Below are positions 46,302 through 54,406 of a stretch of 64,000 nt of DNA, in pieces; positions within the stretch are counted from its first letter, which is position 1; every line of letters starts with the position of its first letter. The notes beneath the pieces are model-generated. The model made no database searches. It was given only the letters and a program-made list of their open reading frames with translations, and was not told the origin of the DNA. A program made the translations under genes and the position numbers. Source of the stretch: Pseudomonadales bacterium (GTDB taxonomy: Bacteria > Pseudomonadota > Gammaproteobacteria > Pseudomonadales > GM7GCV1); assembly GCA_965661125.1 (NCBI GenBank), contig CBFICI010000001.1, positions 536,850-600,849 on the forward strand. The letters are read 5' to 3'.

Positions 46302-48206
46302 TCAATCCATATTGGCGAGAATGCTTTCCATTCTGTCCATAATACTGTCCATGCGCCGCACTGCAGCTCGGTATGGCTCGGGCTGAGCCATATCCAGACC
46401 GGCGTCTTTAAGCAGGTCGTAGGGGTAATTCGAACCGCCTGCCTGCAACAGCTCGATGAAGTCTTGCTGAACCTGCTCGTTTCCGGCTAATAGCTGCTCG
46501 GCGAACCAGGCCGCACCCGCGATTGAAGTGGAGTACTGATAGACATAGAAATCGCGGTAGAAATGCGGGATGTAGGCCCATTCCACGGCGTAGGTATCGT
46601 CGATTTCCAGCACGCCCTGATCATGCCCATGATAGCGTTTTAGCAGGTCGCCATAGATCTCGTTCATGCGGTCGCCGGAAAGGGGTTGATCCGACTCTAC
46701 AGCGCGGTGAATGGCATCCTCAAACTCGGAAAACATGGTTTGCCGGTAAAACGACCCGCGCATCGATTCAAGTGCGTACCCGAGGTAAAAGAGCCTTTCC
46801 TCGTCGGTCTCGGCATTGGCAATCATGTACTCCTCCAGAAGAATCTCGTTAATCTGCGAGGCAATTTCGGCTACAAATGTCGAATAGTCCGATTTCTGAA
46901 ACGGCTGATAGTTGTTCGTCAGTATGGTGTGCACCGCATGGCCCAGCTCATGTGCATAGGTCGACATGGAGCTGAAGTCGCCATTGTGGTTAAGCAACAC
47001 ATAGGGGTTTACATCATAGGCGGCGCCCATCATGTAGGCGCCCGATCGTTTACCGGGCTGAGGGTATGCGTGAATCCATGGAGAATTGGCGACCGCTTCC
47101 ATTGGGCCAGTGTAGGCCGGCCCGAGTGGCTTTAGGGCCTGCAGGGTGATATCGCGTGAAGTTTCAAGGCTGAAGTCGAAATCCAGTTCAACCAGCGGCG
47201 GGTAGATATCGTAGTAATGCATCTGATCTACCCCCAGCATTTCACCGCGCAACAGAAAGTAGCGATGCAGTGTGGGCAAGCCGGCATTCACTTCTTCAAC
47301 CAGGGTGTCGTAAACCTGGGTGGGGATGTTTTCCTGAGCCAGTTGCATCTGCAGGGTGCTGTCGTATCCCCGCAATTTGGCCTCTGCCACATTGGCATAC
47401 ACTTCCGTTGCCAGAATCCTGCCAATACTGTCGCGGTAATCCTGCCAGATACTCCAGAAGGTATTAAAAATGCGAATGCGGTCTTCACGGCTGCTGACAC
47501 CCCGGCTCCAGCTGTATCCGGCCTGGTTCAGGAACACCTCTTCGCCATCGCTCAATGTCAGCGTGGGCCATGGGATATCAGCGTTTACCAGCAATTCATA
47601 AATATCAGATGGACTGCCCGTCACCCTACTCAATGCAGCCAATACTGCCTCGGCATCATCGCTAAGAGTGTGGTCAGCTTCGCGCAGAAGGTTTTCCAGA
47701 AAAAAGTCGAAAGGCTCCGATTCGTTGGAGGTTTCCAGAAAGCGGGCGACGGTTTCTTCACCCAGCGAGATTATTTCGGGAGCCACCCATGAGATGGATT
47801 CGCCATAGGCCACGAACATGCCCTGTGCCTGGCTGAAGCGTTCCTGATTTTCGGACACCTGCTGATTTTCGTCGTACCTGAGCATGGCATAGGTATAGAC
47901 GCGCAGCACTTCCCGATAGGTAGCACTCATATGATCCAGCGCAGCGCCCAATTCGTCTACGCTATCACCCAGGGTTCCGCGGTAATCCGGCAACTGCTGA
48001 ATGTCCAGCATCACGGCATCGTAAGCACGGTTCCAGTGCTCTGACGATTCGAAGAGATTACCCAGGTCCCACTCGCGTTGCTCCAGACCGGGCGGAGCTG
48101 CCTGATCCACAACAGGGTTCGTGGTTGCAGATTCTGGTTCGACGCTTTCACTGCAGCCGTAAAGCAGGCCAGCAATAAACAGGCAAGGGATTAAACGCTG
48201 AATCAT
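46302..48206 (-). CDS. pepF: M3B-family oligoendopeptidase F, lipoprotein
   Basis: 634 aa. Lipobox LYGC and the zinc motif HELGHAVH. Confidence 0.85.
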   Translation of the reverse strand: MIQRLIPCLFIAGLLYGCSESVEPESATTNPVVDQAAPPGLEQREWDLGNLFESSEHWNRAYDAVMLDIQQLPDYRGTLGDSVDELGAALDHMSATYREVLRVYTYAMLRYDENQQVSENQERFSQAQGMFVAYGESISWVAPEIISLGEETVARFLETSNESEPFDFFLENLLREADHTLSDDAEAVLAALSRVTGSPSDIYELLVNADIPWPTLTLSDGEEVFLNQAGYSWSRGVSSREDRIRIFNTFWSIWQDYRDSIGRILATEVYANVAEAKLRGYDSTLQMQLAQENIPTQVYDTLVEEVNAGLPTLHRYFLLRGEMLGVDQMHYYDIYPPLVELDFDFSLETSRDITLQALKPLGPAYTGPMEAVANSPWIHAYPQPGKRSGAYMMGAAYDVNPYVLLNHNGDFSSMSTYAHELGHAVHTILTNNYQPFQKSDYSTFVAEIASQINEILLEEYMIANAETDEERLFYLGYALESMRGSFYRQTMFSEFEDAIHRAVESDQPLSGDRMNEIYGDLLKRYHGHDQGVLEIDDTYAVEWAYIPHFYRDFYVYQYSTSIAGAAWFAEQLLAGNEQVQQDFIELLQAGGSNYPYDLLKDAGLDMAQPEPYRAAVRRMDSIMDRMESILANMD

Positions 48207-48296
48207 GGGGCAATCTCCGTTCGATGGCTCAAACCATATTCCAGCGCCTCGACAGTGGCAAGTGCAGCGCGGGGGTTATAATTATGTGTCCATGCT

Positions 48297-48998
48297 TTGG
48301 TGAGAAAAGTGCCAGAAATCGAAATTTTTACCCTGCCCCTGACAGAGATTGAAGGCGAGCAGATTGACCTGTCCGTATTGTCCGCGCAGGAACGTGAACG
48401 TGCGCGCCAAATGCCACCTCATCGCGCCCACCGGTTTCTTAAAAGCCGCAGCTTTGTGCGGCACCGATTGGCCGAGCAGCTGGGATCGCAGGCAGGGGAT
48501 ATCGAATTCGATTGGCCTGTGCGCGGCAAGCCCCGACTTGTGAAACCCTGCCTCCATTTCAACATAAGCCACACTCGCAACCTGCTGGCACTGGCGATTA
48601 GCCCTCACAGCGAGGTAGGCATTGATCTGGAGACGCCGGGAAGACAAAACCGCACCGACGCAATTGCAGCGCGCTACTTCCCGAATTCCGAGCTTCAGTG
48701 GATCAATCAGGCAACCGACAGCGCCATGCGTGAGTGGCGCTTTCTTCAGTTATGGACGATGAAAGAGTCCCTCAGCAAACTCATTGGGTGTGGCATCGGC
48801 CCAAAGGTACTGAGAGAAATAACCCGGGTTACAGATAATCTGCCCGAGCCAAATCCTGATTTCACCGGGCCGGTGCAGCAAGCCTTTGCCAAATTTCAGG
48901 CGGCAGGCCAGACCTATCTGCTTAGCCTAGCTGCCCAGATGTCGCCAACCACCGAACTGTGCCTGCGCATGGACCGCGACTTTGAAGAAAAGATTTAG
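48297..48998 (+). CDS. 4'-phosphopantetheinyl transferase (Sfp/EntD type)
   Basis: 233 aa. Motifs GKPRL, FNISHT, GIDLE and WTMKESLSK. Confidence 0.82.
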   Translation: MVRKVPEIEIFTLPLTEIEGEQIDLSVLSAQERERARQMPPHRAHRFLKSRSFVRHRLAEQLGSQAGDIEFDWPVRGKPRLVKPCLHFNISHTRNLLALAISPHSEVGIDLETPGRQNRTDAIAARYFPNSELQWINQATDSAMREWRFLQLWTMKESLSKLIGCGIGPKVLREITRVTDNLPEPNPDFTGPVQQAFAKFQAAGQTYLLSLAAQMSPTTELCLRMDRDFEEKI

Positions 48999-49525
48999 TC
49001 CGGTGCAGCAAGCTCAACCCAGAATAGGCCTCTAAAGTCTCCAGCGAGGTATCCAGTGGCCTCGTCTTGCGGATAGAGCTGGGCCAGCCGGGCGGCGACG
49101 GATGGCGCGATAGAAACACCGTGACACTGGGTGCAAACTTCAGCCATAAAAATAGGCTCGACATAGCCCCTGCCACCTCCTGCCAGCTCAACCATTCGCG
49201 GTTCAACCACCGGGCTCTCCAGATAGTCTGCCAGTGCCGGTTCAACCCATGGGGGCGGTGCATTGTCGGGGTTTCTCAAGAGGTTGCTGGTACGACCTAT
49301 GACAGCGGCAACAGGCTGAGCCTCCAGAGTTAACTGCTGCGCGTCAAGATGACAAACCTGCAGCGCATTTTCCGTACCCGTCGGCAAGGCCGTACTCAAG
49401 GCCGTGAAAAGCGATTGTTTCAGTGGCGCCAGCAAGGCTGCCGCCGCTTGCATCTCGCTATCCTGGGCCACTGCCTGCCCGCTGAAAAAAAGACCAAAAA
49501 TCACTGCGACCCAACAGATTTTCAT
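48995..49525 (-). CDS. Secreted c-type haem protein, DUF3365 family
   Basis: The preferred start at 49525 gives a clean signal peptide, MKICWVAVIFGLFFSGQAVA. It has a single CTQCH haem site and an RNPDNAPPPWV motif typical of DUF3365. Confidence 0.75.
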   Translation of the reverse strand: MKICWVAVIFGLFFSGQAVAQDSEMQAAAALLAPLKQSLFTALSTALPTGTENALQVCHLDAQQLTLEAQPVAAVIGRTSNLLRNPDNAPPPWVEPALADYLESPVVEPRMVELAGGGRGYVEPIFMAEVCTQCHGVSIAPSVAARLAQLYPQDEATGYLAGDFRGLFWVELAAPD

Positions 49526-49584
49526 ATCCACCCACTCAATTGATGATGCTGAACTCATCTAACAACAGTCGCCGCAGGGGAGAA

Positions 49585-49598
49585 TTGATTCAGGTCAG
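49585..49598. promoter_or_regulatory. FNR/Anr box TTGAT-TCAG-GTCAG upstream of the DUF3365 haem-protein gene
   Basis: 13 of 14 positions are identical to the hemN box. Its centre is about 66 nt upstream of the ATG at 49525. Confidence 0.55.
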
Positions 49599-49610
49599 AA
49601 CTCGTCAGCT

Positions 49611-51026
49611 TCAGGGTTGCTGTTGCGCTGGGCGATCTTGAAAGTAAGTTTCTATCGTGCCGTCAAACAGCATGCCGCGATAGAAGTTGTCCGGGTCACA
49701 CGAAGTGCTCACCATCATGGCATCGTCGGCGCGCTGCCATGCCGTGCGGCGCATTACTGGAGCGCGGTAATAGACTGGGTCCTCGAAACGGGCTTCCATG
49801 ATAAGCAGACCATCTTCCATCCAGAAGCGTTCGGTAATGGTGGCGCCTGATGAGACGGGCTCGGAATTGTGGGTTAGCACCGAGGGCACAAAGTTGGTCG
49901 TTTCAATCACCAGGGTGCCGCCTTCCCAGCGTCCAATCGACTCCCCCATAATGCTGGCAGGATAATCGGGGTTATGCTCAGGTTGCGCGAGATTTACTCG
50001 TCGCACATCGTGCTTGCTGGCGTACAGAACGGTCAAACGCTGGTCGGACTGGATAAATTCCACCAACCCGGGATCGGCGTACTTGCGCATCGGGTTAACC
50101 GACATGCAGCGAAGCGCCGGGTCGTAGCGAGCTGACTCGAAGTCGCTCCAAACCTCCATGCCAAGCTCGTTTAACTGGGGGTTGGTACGGCCCAGAGGGC
50201 CGACACCTATGAGCCTGCGCCAGACACCTGTAAGGTCAAAGGGATCGCTCGAGCGGTTATCGGACGGCGCGGGAGGGGATCGCAGCGCAATAAACTCGCT
50301 GGCATCGAGATTTACCTGGTTGGTGGAGCCCTCGATCATGGCCACGCTGCCCAGAATGCGGTCGACGTCGAGACGCCCCACCAATTCCAGCGTAACCGCA
50401 AAGCCCCCCGCGTTTTCGCGGTGCAGCAGCATTCTTACGCGATCGCCAAACAAACTCACGGGCAACTCTTCCTGGTCGAGTCGTGCGGTCCAGCTGCCAT
50501 CGGGCTGCTGCCAGAATTCCAGTTCCAGGGGTGCCCCGGGTAACCTTTTGTCGACGTCGAAATACCAAGTACCGGGCAGTCGGGCTATCAACTGCTCGCT
50601 TGGAGGCTGCTGCAATTCATACCCGGCAACCGCCACTGCGCCACTATCACCTGCCACCGGGTTTCTGTTCACCGAGATCAGCCTGCCCTGCTCTAGTTCA
50701 AGCTCAACCATGTACAGACGGAGGCTGCCCGAGCGAGAACGGTAGCCGCTTACCCGAACCCGGTCACCTGACGAAACCAGGTCCCTGTTCCAACCCAGTG
50801 ACTGTAGCGCTGCGACACTTTGCGCCTGAATATTCCAGCTTTGCCCCTGATCATCCTCAAGGTACATTTCAACATGCGGGTTAACAAACAACACCTCTGT
50901 CACACGCCCCTCGAGCTGTGCCGTGGTTCCAATATCGTACTCGGTGGCAAAACTGTGATGCGCCTGAAGCGACGCAGGCGCTACAAGAGCAAAAAGCATA
51001 AAAACGAATCGAGACAAATGAATCAT
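49611..51026 (-). CDS. Secreted protein with an N-terminal DUF6152-like module fused to a ~350-aa uncharacterised domain
   Basis: The preferred start (MIHLSRFVFMLFALVAPASLQAHHSF) gives a signal peptide. HHSFATEYD...NPHV resembles what I recall of DUF6152. The remainder is unrecognised. Confidence 0.6.
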   Translation of the reverse strand: MIHLSRFVFMLFALVAPASLQAHHSFATEYDIGTTAQLEGRVTEVLFVNPHVEMYLEDDQGQSWNIQAQSVAALQSLGWNRDLVSSGDRVRVSGYRSRSGSLRLYMVELELEQGRLISVNRNPVAGDSGAVAVAGYELQQPPSEQLIARLPGTWYFDVDKRLPGAPLELEFWQQPDGSWTARLDQEELPVSLFGDRVRMLLHRENAGGFAVTLELVGRLDVDRILGSVAMIEGSTNQVNLDASEFIALRSPPAPSDNRSSDPFDLTGVWRRLIGVGPLGRTNPQLNELGMEVWSDFESARYDPALRCMSVNPMRKYADPGLVEFIQSDQRLTVLYASKHDVRRVNLAQPEHNPDYPASIMGESIGRWEGGTLVIETTNFVPSVLTHNSEPVSSGATITERFWMEDGLLIMEARFEDPVYYRAPVMRRTAWQRADDAMMVSTSCDPDNFYRGMLFDGTIETYFQDRPAQQQP

Positions 51027-51221
51027 GGCTGAAATTCCCCCAGGTGAAATAATAACCCCATCCCCCGCATAGAGCCCCGCAAACAGGGCGAAAATCGGCT
51101 GACTTTGCAAATTTTATTTAATTTTAGGTAGGCCGGGCCTTTGAGAGCCCGTAGAATTTGCATCTGATTACGTTTCGAACTACTTTCTAAAACTGAACAC
51201 AACATCCTCAGGGGGTAAAAG

Positions 51222-51665
51222 ATGGGAAAAGAAATTGTCGTATCGGCTATTGTCGCGATCGTGGCTGCCGTTATCACGGTACAGGTAGCCGCTCCAAAAC
51301 CGGATAGCGCCATGCTCACCGACGAAATCACTTCTTCGGATGCCTTCGCTTCCGCTGCTGTGGCCGCTGTAGAGACATCTGACGCATTCGAGTTGACGGT
51401 GATCGCTGCAGAGCAAGAGGCCTGGATGCGTGCAAATCGCGGCGCTGCTCACGAGAAGAAAATTCTCGCCGATCCAGCCAACTCCATGTGCTTCCTGACC
51501 AAGGTAGACTTCCAGAATAGTCCTGCTGCCGGCGAGAACGATGGCGGATCAGCCTGCTGGGTTGACCAGGATGACCTCACGGGTTGGTGGCAGCTGAATG
51601 GCGAAATCAAAGAAGGCGAGAACTTCGCCGACATCTCATGCCAGGCCCGCTGCATTAGCTGGTAA
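51222..51665 (+). CDS. Membrane-anchored Cys-containing protein, uncharacterised
   Basis: 147 aa. Good SD (gggggtaaaag), an N-terminal TM helix, 4 Cys in the C-terminal half and a strong terminator downstream. Confidence 0.65.
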   Translation: MGKEIVVSAIVAIVAAVITVQVAAPKPDSAMLTDEITSSDAFASAAVAAVETSDAFELTVIAAEQEAWMRANRGAAHEKKILADPANSMCFLTKVDFQNSPAAGENDGGSACWVDQDDLTGWWQLNGEIKEGENFADISCQARCISW

Positions 51666-51683
51666 TTTGAGAGCCCAAAACTG

Positions 51684-51712
51684 AAAAAGCCCGCATATGC
51701 GGGCTTTTTTTT
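51684..51712 (+). terminator. Rho-independent terminator
   Basis: Stem gcccgc / gcgggc with a 4-nt loop (atat), followed by T8. Confidence 0.88.
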
Positions 51713-51728
51713 GGGGCATTCTGATGCA

Positions 51729-51868
51729 GATCCTTCGCTTCGCTCAGGACGACGGACGCTGCACAGTCATCCATAGCTCGTCATCCATAGCTCGTCTTCC
51801 TGAGGTAAGGCCACAGGCCGAACCGAAGGGCCTCTTCCTGCCATGCTGAGCATATATCGAAGGACCTC
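51729..51868. repeat. Cluster of short REP-like motifs (TCCTGAG ... CGAAGGRNCTC, in both orientations) plus a 14-nt tandem duplication (tcatccatagctcg x2 at 51767-51794)
   Basis: Read directly. gatccttcgcttcgctcaggacgac at 51729-51753 is the inverse of the pattern seen at 51794-51834 and 51846-51867. Confidence 0.5.
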
Positions 51869-51918
51869 TTCCCGCCAGGCAAGCAGCTACTTCAACCACC
51901 TTTGGCTAGCTGCTTACA

Positions 51919-52299
51919 TCAATCTGCTCTAACCGAAGTGAACACAGGGCCAAACACACTTTCGTACACATACTCTTGCTCGCTAAGGTTTCGAATTCGG
52001 TATTTGTACTCAAACCACTCGCCGTTTTCTTCCACCTGGCTGGTCACCCAAACCCCATCGCACTGCCATAGCCCGGTTTGGCTGCCCACTTCATTCCCCT
52101 GCTCATCATAAAAGCTGATGCCCAGTTCGCCGCTCTCGAAGTATCTGGCCGACCAACTGCTGTAGGAGCCGTTTTCGTATACATATTCACCATCCCAGCT
52201 CCCTACCAGCAGCGAACAGTCGTGCATGGCCTGAGCCTGCACTTGTGATGCAGCCAGTAAAGCCAGCGCAACAAACAGGGATTTAACTGAATTATTCAT
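51919..52299 (-). CDS. Small secreted protein, paralogue of the upstream gene (lipocalin-like size)
   Basis: MNNSVKSLFVALALLAASQVQA is a signal peptide. It shares the pattern C-x-L-x-G-x-W-x-G-x-Y ... G-x-W-x-C-x-x-G-V ... Y-x-I with 52311-52787. Confidence 0.65.
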   Translation of the reverse strand: MNNSVKSLFVALALLAASQVQAQAMHDCSLLVGSWDGEYVYENGSYSSWSARYFESGELGISFYDEQGNEVGSQTGLWQCDGVWVTSQVEENGEWFEYKYRIRNLSEQEYVYESVFGPVFTSVRAD

Positions 52300-52310
52300 A
52301 TCAAAAACTC

Positions 52311-52787
52311 TCAATTGGAAGAATCGCCCGGTCGCAGGCGGTCAAAAATTTCCGGTGACATGCGCCGCGGCCCGGCGCGTTCGGCATGGAATACCGGGGC
52401 ATCCGGAAAAGGCGATATCAGTTGATAAACCCAGGTCTGCCGGTCGATTTCAAGAATTTGATACTGAAAAAGCAGGTTGGCACCGTTTTCGTTCAGCAGC
52501 CCGGTAGTCAGTACGCCGTCTTCACAAGTCCAGAAGCCCTCGTGCCTGTCTTCAATTCCCGACTCAAGAAAGACAAAGTCGATTATCACCGAGCCATCCT
52601 CGTCGTAGGCGCTGTCAAACCGGTAGTCATCTTCGGGGTAAGCTGCGCCGTCCCAGCGATACACGCCGGTCCAGTCACCCAGCACATAGTCGCAGGCAAA
52701 ATCGTCCAGTTCATTTGCACTAGCCGACCCGGCTCCCAGCGCAGCGAGCATGCCTGAAACCCAAAGAATCAAATACTTGAGTGCCAT
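52311..52787 (-). CDS. Small secreted protein, paralogue of the downstream gene
   Basis: 158 aa with a signal peptide (MALKYLILWVSGMLAALGAGSASA). See the shared motif pattern listed for 51919-52299. Confidence 0.65.
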   Translation of the reverse strand: MALKYLILWVSGMLAALGAGSASANELDDFACDYVLGDWTGVYRWDGAAYPEDDYRFDSAYDEDGSVIIDFVFLESGIEDRHEGFWTCEDGVLTTGLLNENGANLLFQYQILEIDRQTWVYQLISPFPDAPVFHAERAGPRRMSPEIFDRLRPGDSSN

Positions 52788-52981
52788 GGATGTTATTCCG
52801 AAAACCCTACGGACAAAATTACCACAGGTGAACGCAACGCCTCTATCGCCTTCTACAAAACTACAGGATTCGACAACATGCTGCGGACGGCCTCTGTCCC
52901 GCGCGAAAACAGAAACCCGGTGCGTTCACGCAGGTAACCGCGGGTGGTTGGATTAGAAACTGGAAGCTGTACAGAATAAAT

Positions 52982-53057
52982 TGGAGCGGGAAACCGGGTT
53001 CGAACCGGCGACCTCAACCTTGGCAAGGTTGCGCTCTACCAACTGAGCTATTCCCGC
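52982..53057 (-). tRNA. tRNA-Gly (anticodon GCC)
   Basis: The reverse complement is gcgggaatagctcagttggtagagcgcaaccttGCCaaggttgaggtcgccggttcgaacccggtttcccgctcca. It forms a canonical cloverleaf. Confidence 0.93.
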
Positions 53058-53144
53058 TTACCGATGACGGCAGAAGCGCCATCTTAGCAAGTTCGATTGG
53101 TGGTTCAACTCTGCGGACCCGACGCCACTTTCTAAAAAAGAAAA

Positions 53145-53220
53145 TGGCGTCCCCAAGGGGATTCGAACCCCTGTTACCGCCGTGAAAGGGCGGTGTCCTA
53201 GGCCTCTAGACGATGGGGAC
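53145..53220 (-). tRNA. tRNA-Glu (anticodon TTC)
   Basis: The reverse complement is gtccccatcgtctagaggcctaggacaccgcccttTCacggcggtaacaggggttcgaatccccttggggacgcca. This is close to the E. coli tRNA-Glu sequence as I recall it. Confidence 0.93.
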
Positions 53221-53253
53221 GCAGATTCGTCGGCCCAGCCAAACGAGGCGCGA

Positions 53254-53282
53254 ATTCTAGGGTCGACCCAGCAGGCTGTCAA
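53254..53282 (-). promoter_or_regulatory. Near-consensus sigma70 promoter for the tRNA-Glu/tRNA-Gly unit (TTGACA-N17-TAGAAT)
   Basis: The minus strand reads cTTGACAgcctgctgggtcgacccTAGAATtcgcg. The -10 element ends about 33 nt before the tRNA-Glu 5' end. Confidence 0.7.
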
Positions 53283-53302
53283 GCGCCTTGGGCGCTTCCC
53301 TT

Positions 53303-53701
53303 TCATTCTTTTTCAAAGTCGATGGATGCCGAGTTAATGCAGTAGCGCAAACCCGTGGGTTCGGGCCCATCGGGGAACACATGTCCAAGGTGCGCACCGC
53401 ACTTTTTACACATCACTTCGGTGCGTATCATACCGTGACTGGTGTCTTTTTCTTCAAGAATACTGGGCTCTGCCAGCGGCGCATAAAAACTGGGCCAGCC
53501 GCAACCAGCGTCAAATTTGGTGCCGCTCTCGAACAGGGGCTCACCGCAACACTTGCAGCGATAGCCACCCTCCTCCCAGTGATCCCAGTAAACCCCGGTA
53601 AAGGCCCTCTCGGTGCCCTTCTCTCTGGTGATACGGTATTCCTCTTCGGTGAGCTTTTCCCTCCACTGCGTGTCATTCAGGTTGTACTTGTCGCCTGTCA
53701 T
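53303..53701 (-). CDS. msrB: Peptide-methionine (R)-S-oxide reductase
   Basis: 132 aa. Zinc CxxC pairs (CKCCG, CKKCG) and the catalytic RYCINS motif. Confidence 0.93.
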   Translation of the reverse strand: MTGDKYNLNDTQWREKLTEEEYRITREKGTERAFTGVYWDHWEEGGYRCKCCGEPLFESGTKFDAGCGWPSFYAPLAEPSILEEKDTSHGMIRTEVMCKKCGAHLGHVFPDGPEPTGLRYCINSASIDFEKE

Positions 53702-53704
53702 CAG

Positions 53705-54406
53705 TTACTCCTCGACATTCTGATCTCCCAGCCATTCAGCCAGAAAGGGAACCGTCAGACGTCGACGTTGCTGCAGCGTCATGCGGTCGAGCTTTTCCAA
53801 CAGCTGCATCAAGTGTCCGAGATTTCTGGTCTCACGAGTTAACAGCCAAGATAAAACAGCATCGCTCATCTCAAAGCCTCGCGCATGGGCGCGCGCTTCC
53901 AGAACCTTTTTTACCTGTGTTTCGTCCGGTGCGGGCAATGCCCAGACCGGACCAGACAGGATGCGGGATCGCAAATCTGCCAGCGGTATCTGCAGCTGCT
54001 GAGGTGCCACATGGGCACCAAAGCGCATCACACCACCAGCATCCAGTTGCCGGTGGTACAGGTCGAACAGAGCCTCACACCAATTTTCCGATAGCTCGTT
54101 GAGACACTCCAGATCGTCAATCGCTATCACCCCGCCCAACGGAATCGACTGGAGTACCGCCGCCTCGCTACCCAGCAACTCTGCCATGGGCAGATACTGG
54201 TCGCACACAGAACCCTGGCGCACACTGGACATCAACAGGTGGGAAACGCCGCTGCCCGTTGAACCGTATAGGTATAGCACCGGTAAATCGATATTTTGAA
54301 GCTGTGTCAGTAAGCTGGCATCCAATCCATCAGGCAACAGGAAGTTATCCAGCGACACCGAATCCTCAAGCGAAACGGGCAGGGTGAACTGAGTGGGAGT
54401 GGCCAT
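53705..54406 (-). CDS. hda: DnaA regulatory inactivator Hda
   Basis: 233 aa. N-terminal clamp-binding-like QFTLPV and an AAA+ P-loop variant (GSTGSGVSHLL). The synteny with purMN is as in pseudomonads. Confidence 0.82.
   Translation of the reverse strand: MATPTQFTLPVSLEDSVSLDNFLLPDGLDASLLTQLQNIDLPVLYLYGSTGSGVSHLLMSSVRQGSVCDQYLPMAELLGSEAAVLQSIPLGGVIAIDDLECLNELSENWCEALFDLYHRQLDAGGVMRFGAHVAPQQLQIPLADLRSRILSGPVWALPAPDETQVKKVLEARAHARGFEMSDAVLSWLLTRETRNLGHLMQLLEKLDRMTLQQRRRLTVPFLAEWLGDQNVEE

Noticed and set aside
52982-53220. Genomic island or prophage integrated at tRNA-Gly, tRNA-Glu, tRNA-Ser or tRNA-Arg
   Set aside because: I found no integrase, transposase, phage or conjugation gene next to any of the four tRNA genes. 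Only short repeat scars (tRNA-Ser, tRNA-Arg) and an islet of unknown secreted proteins are present.
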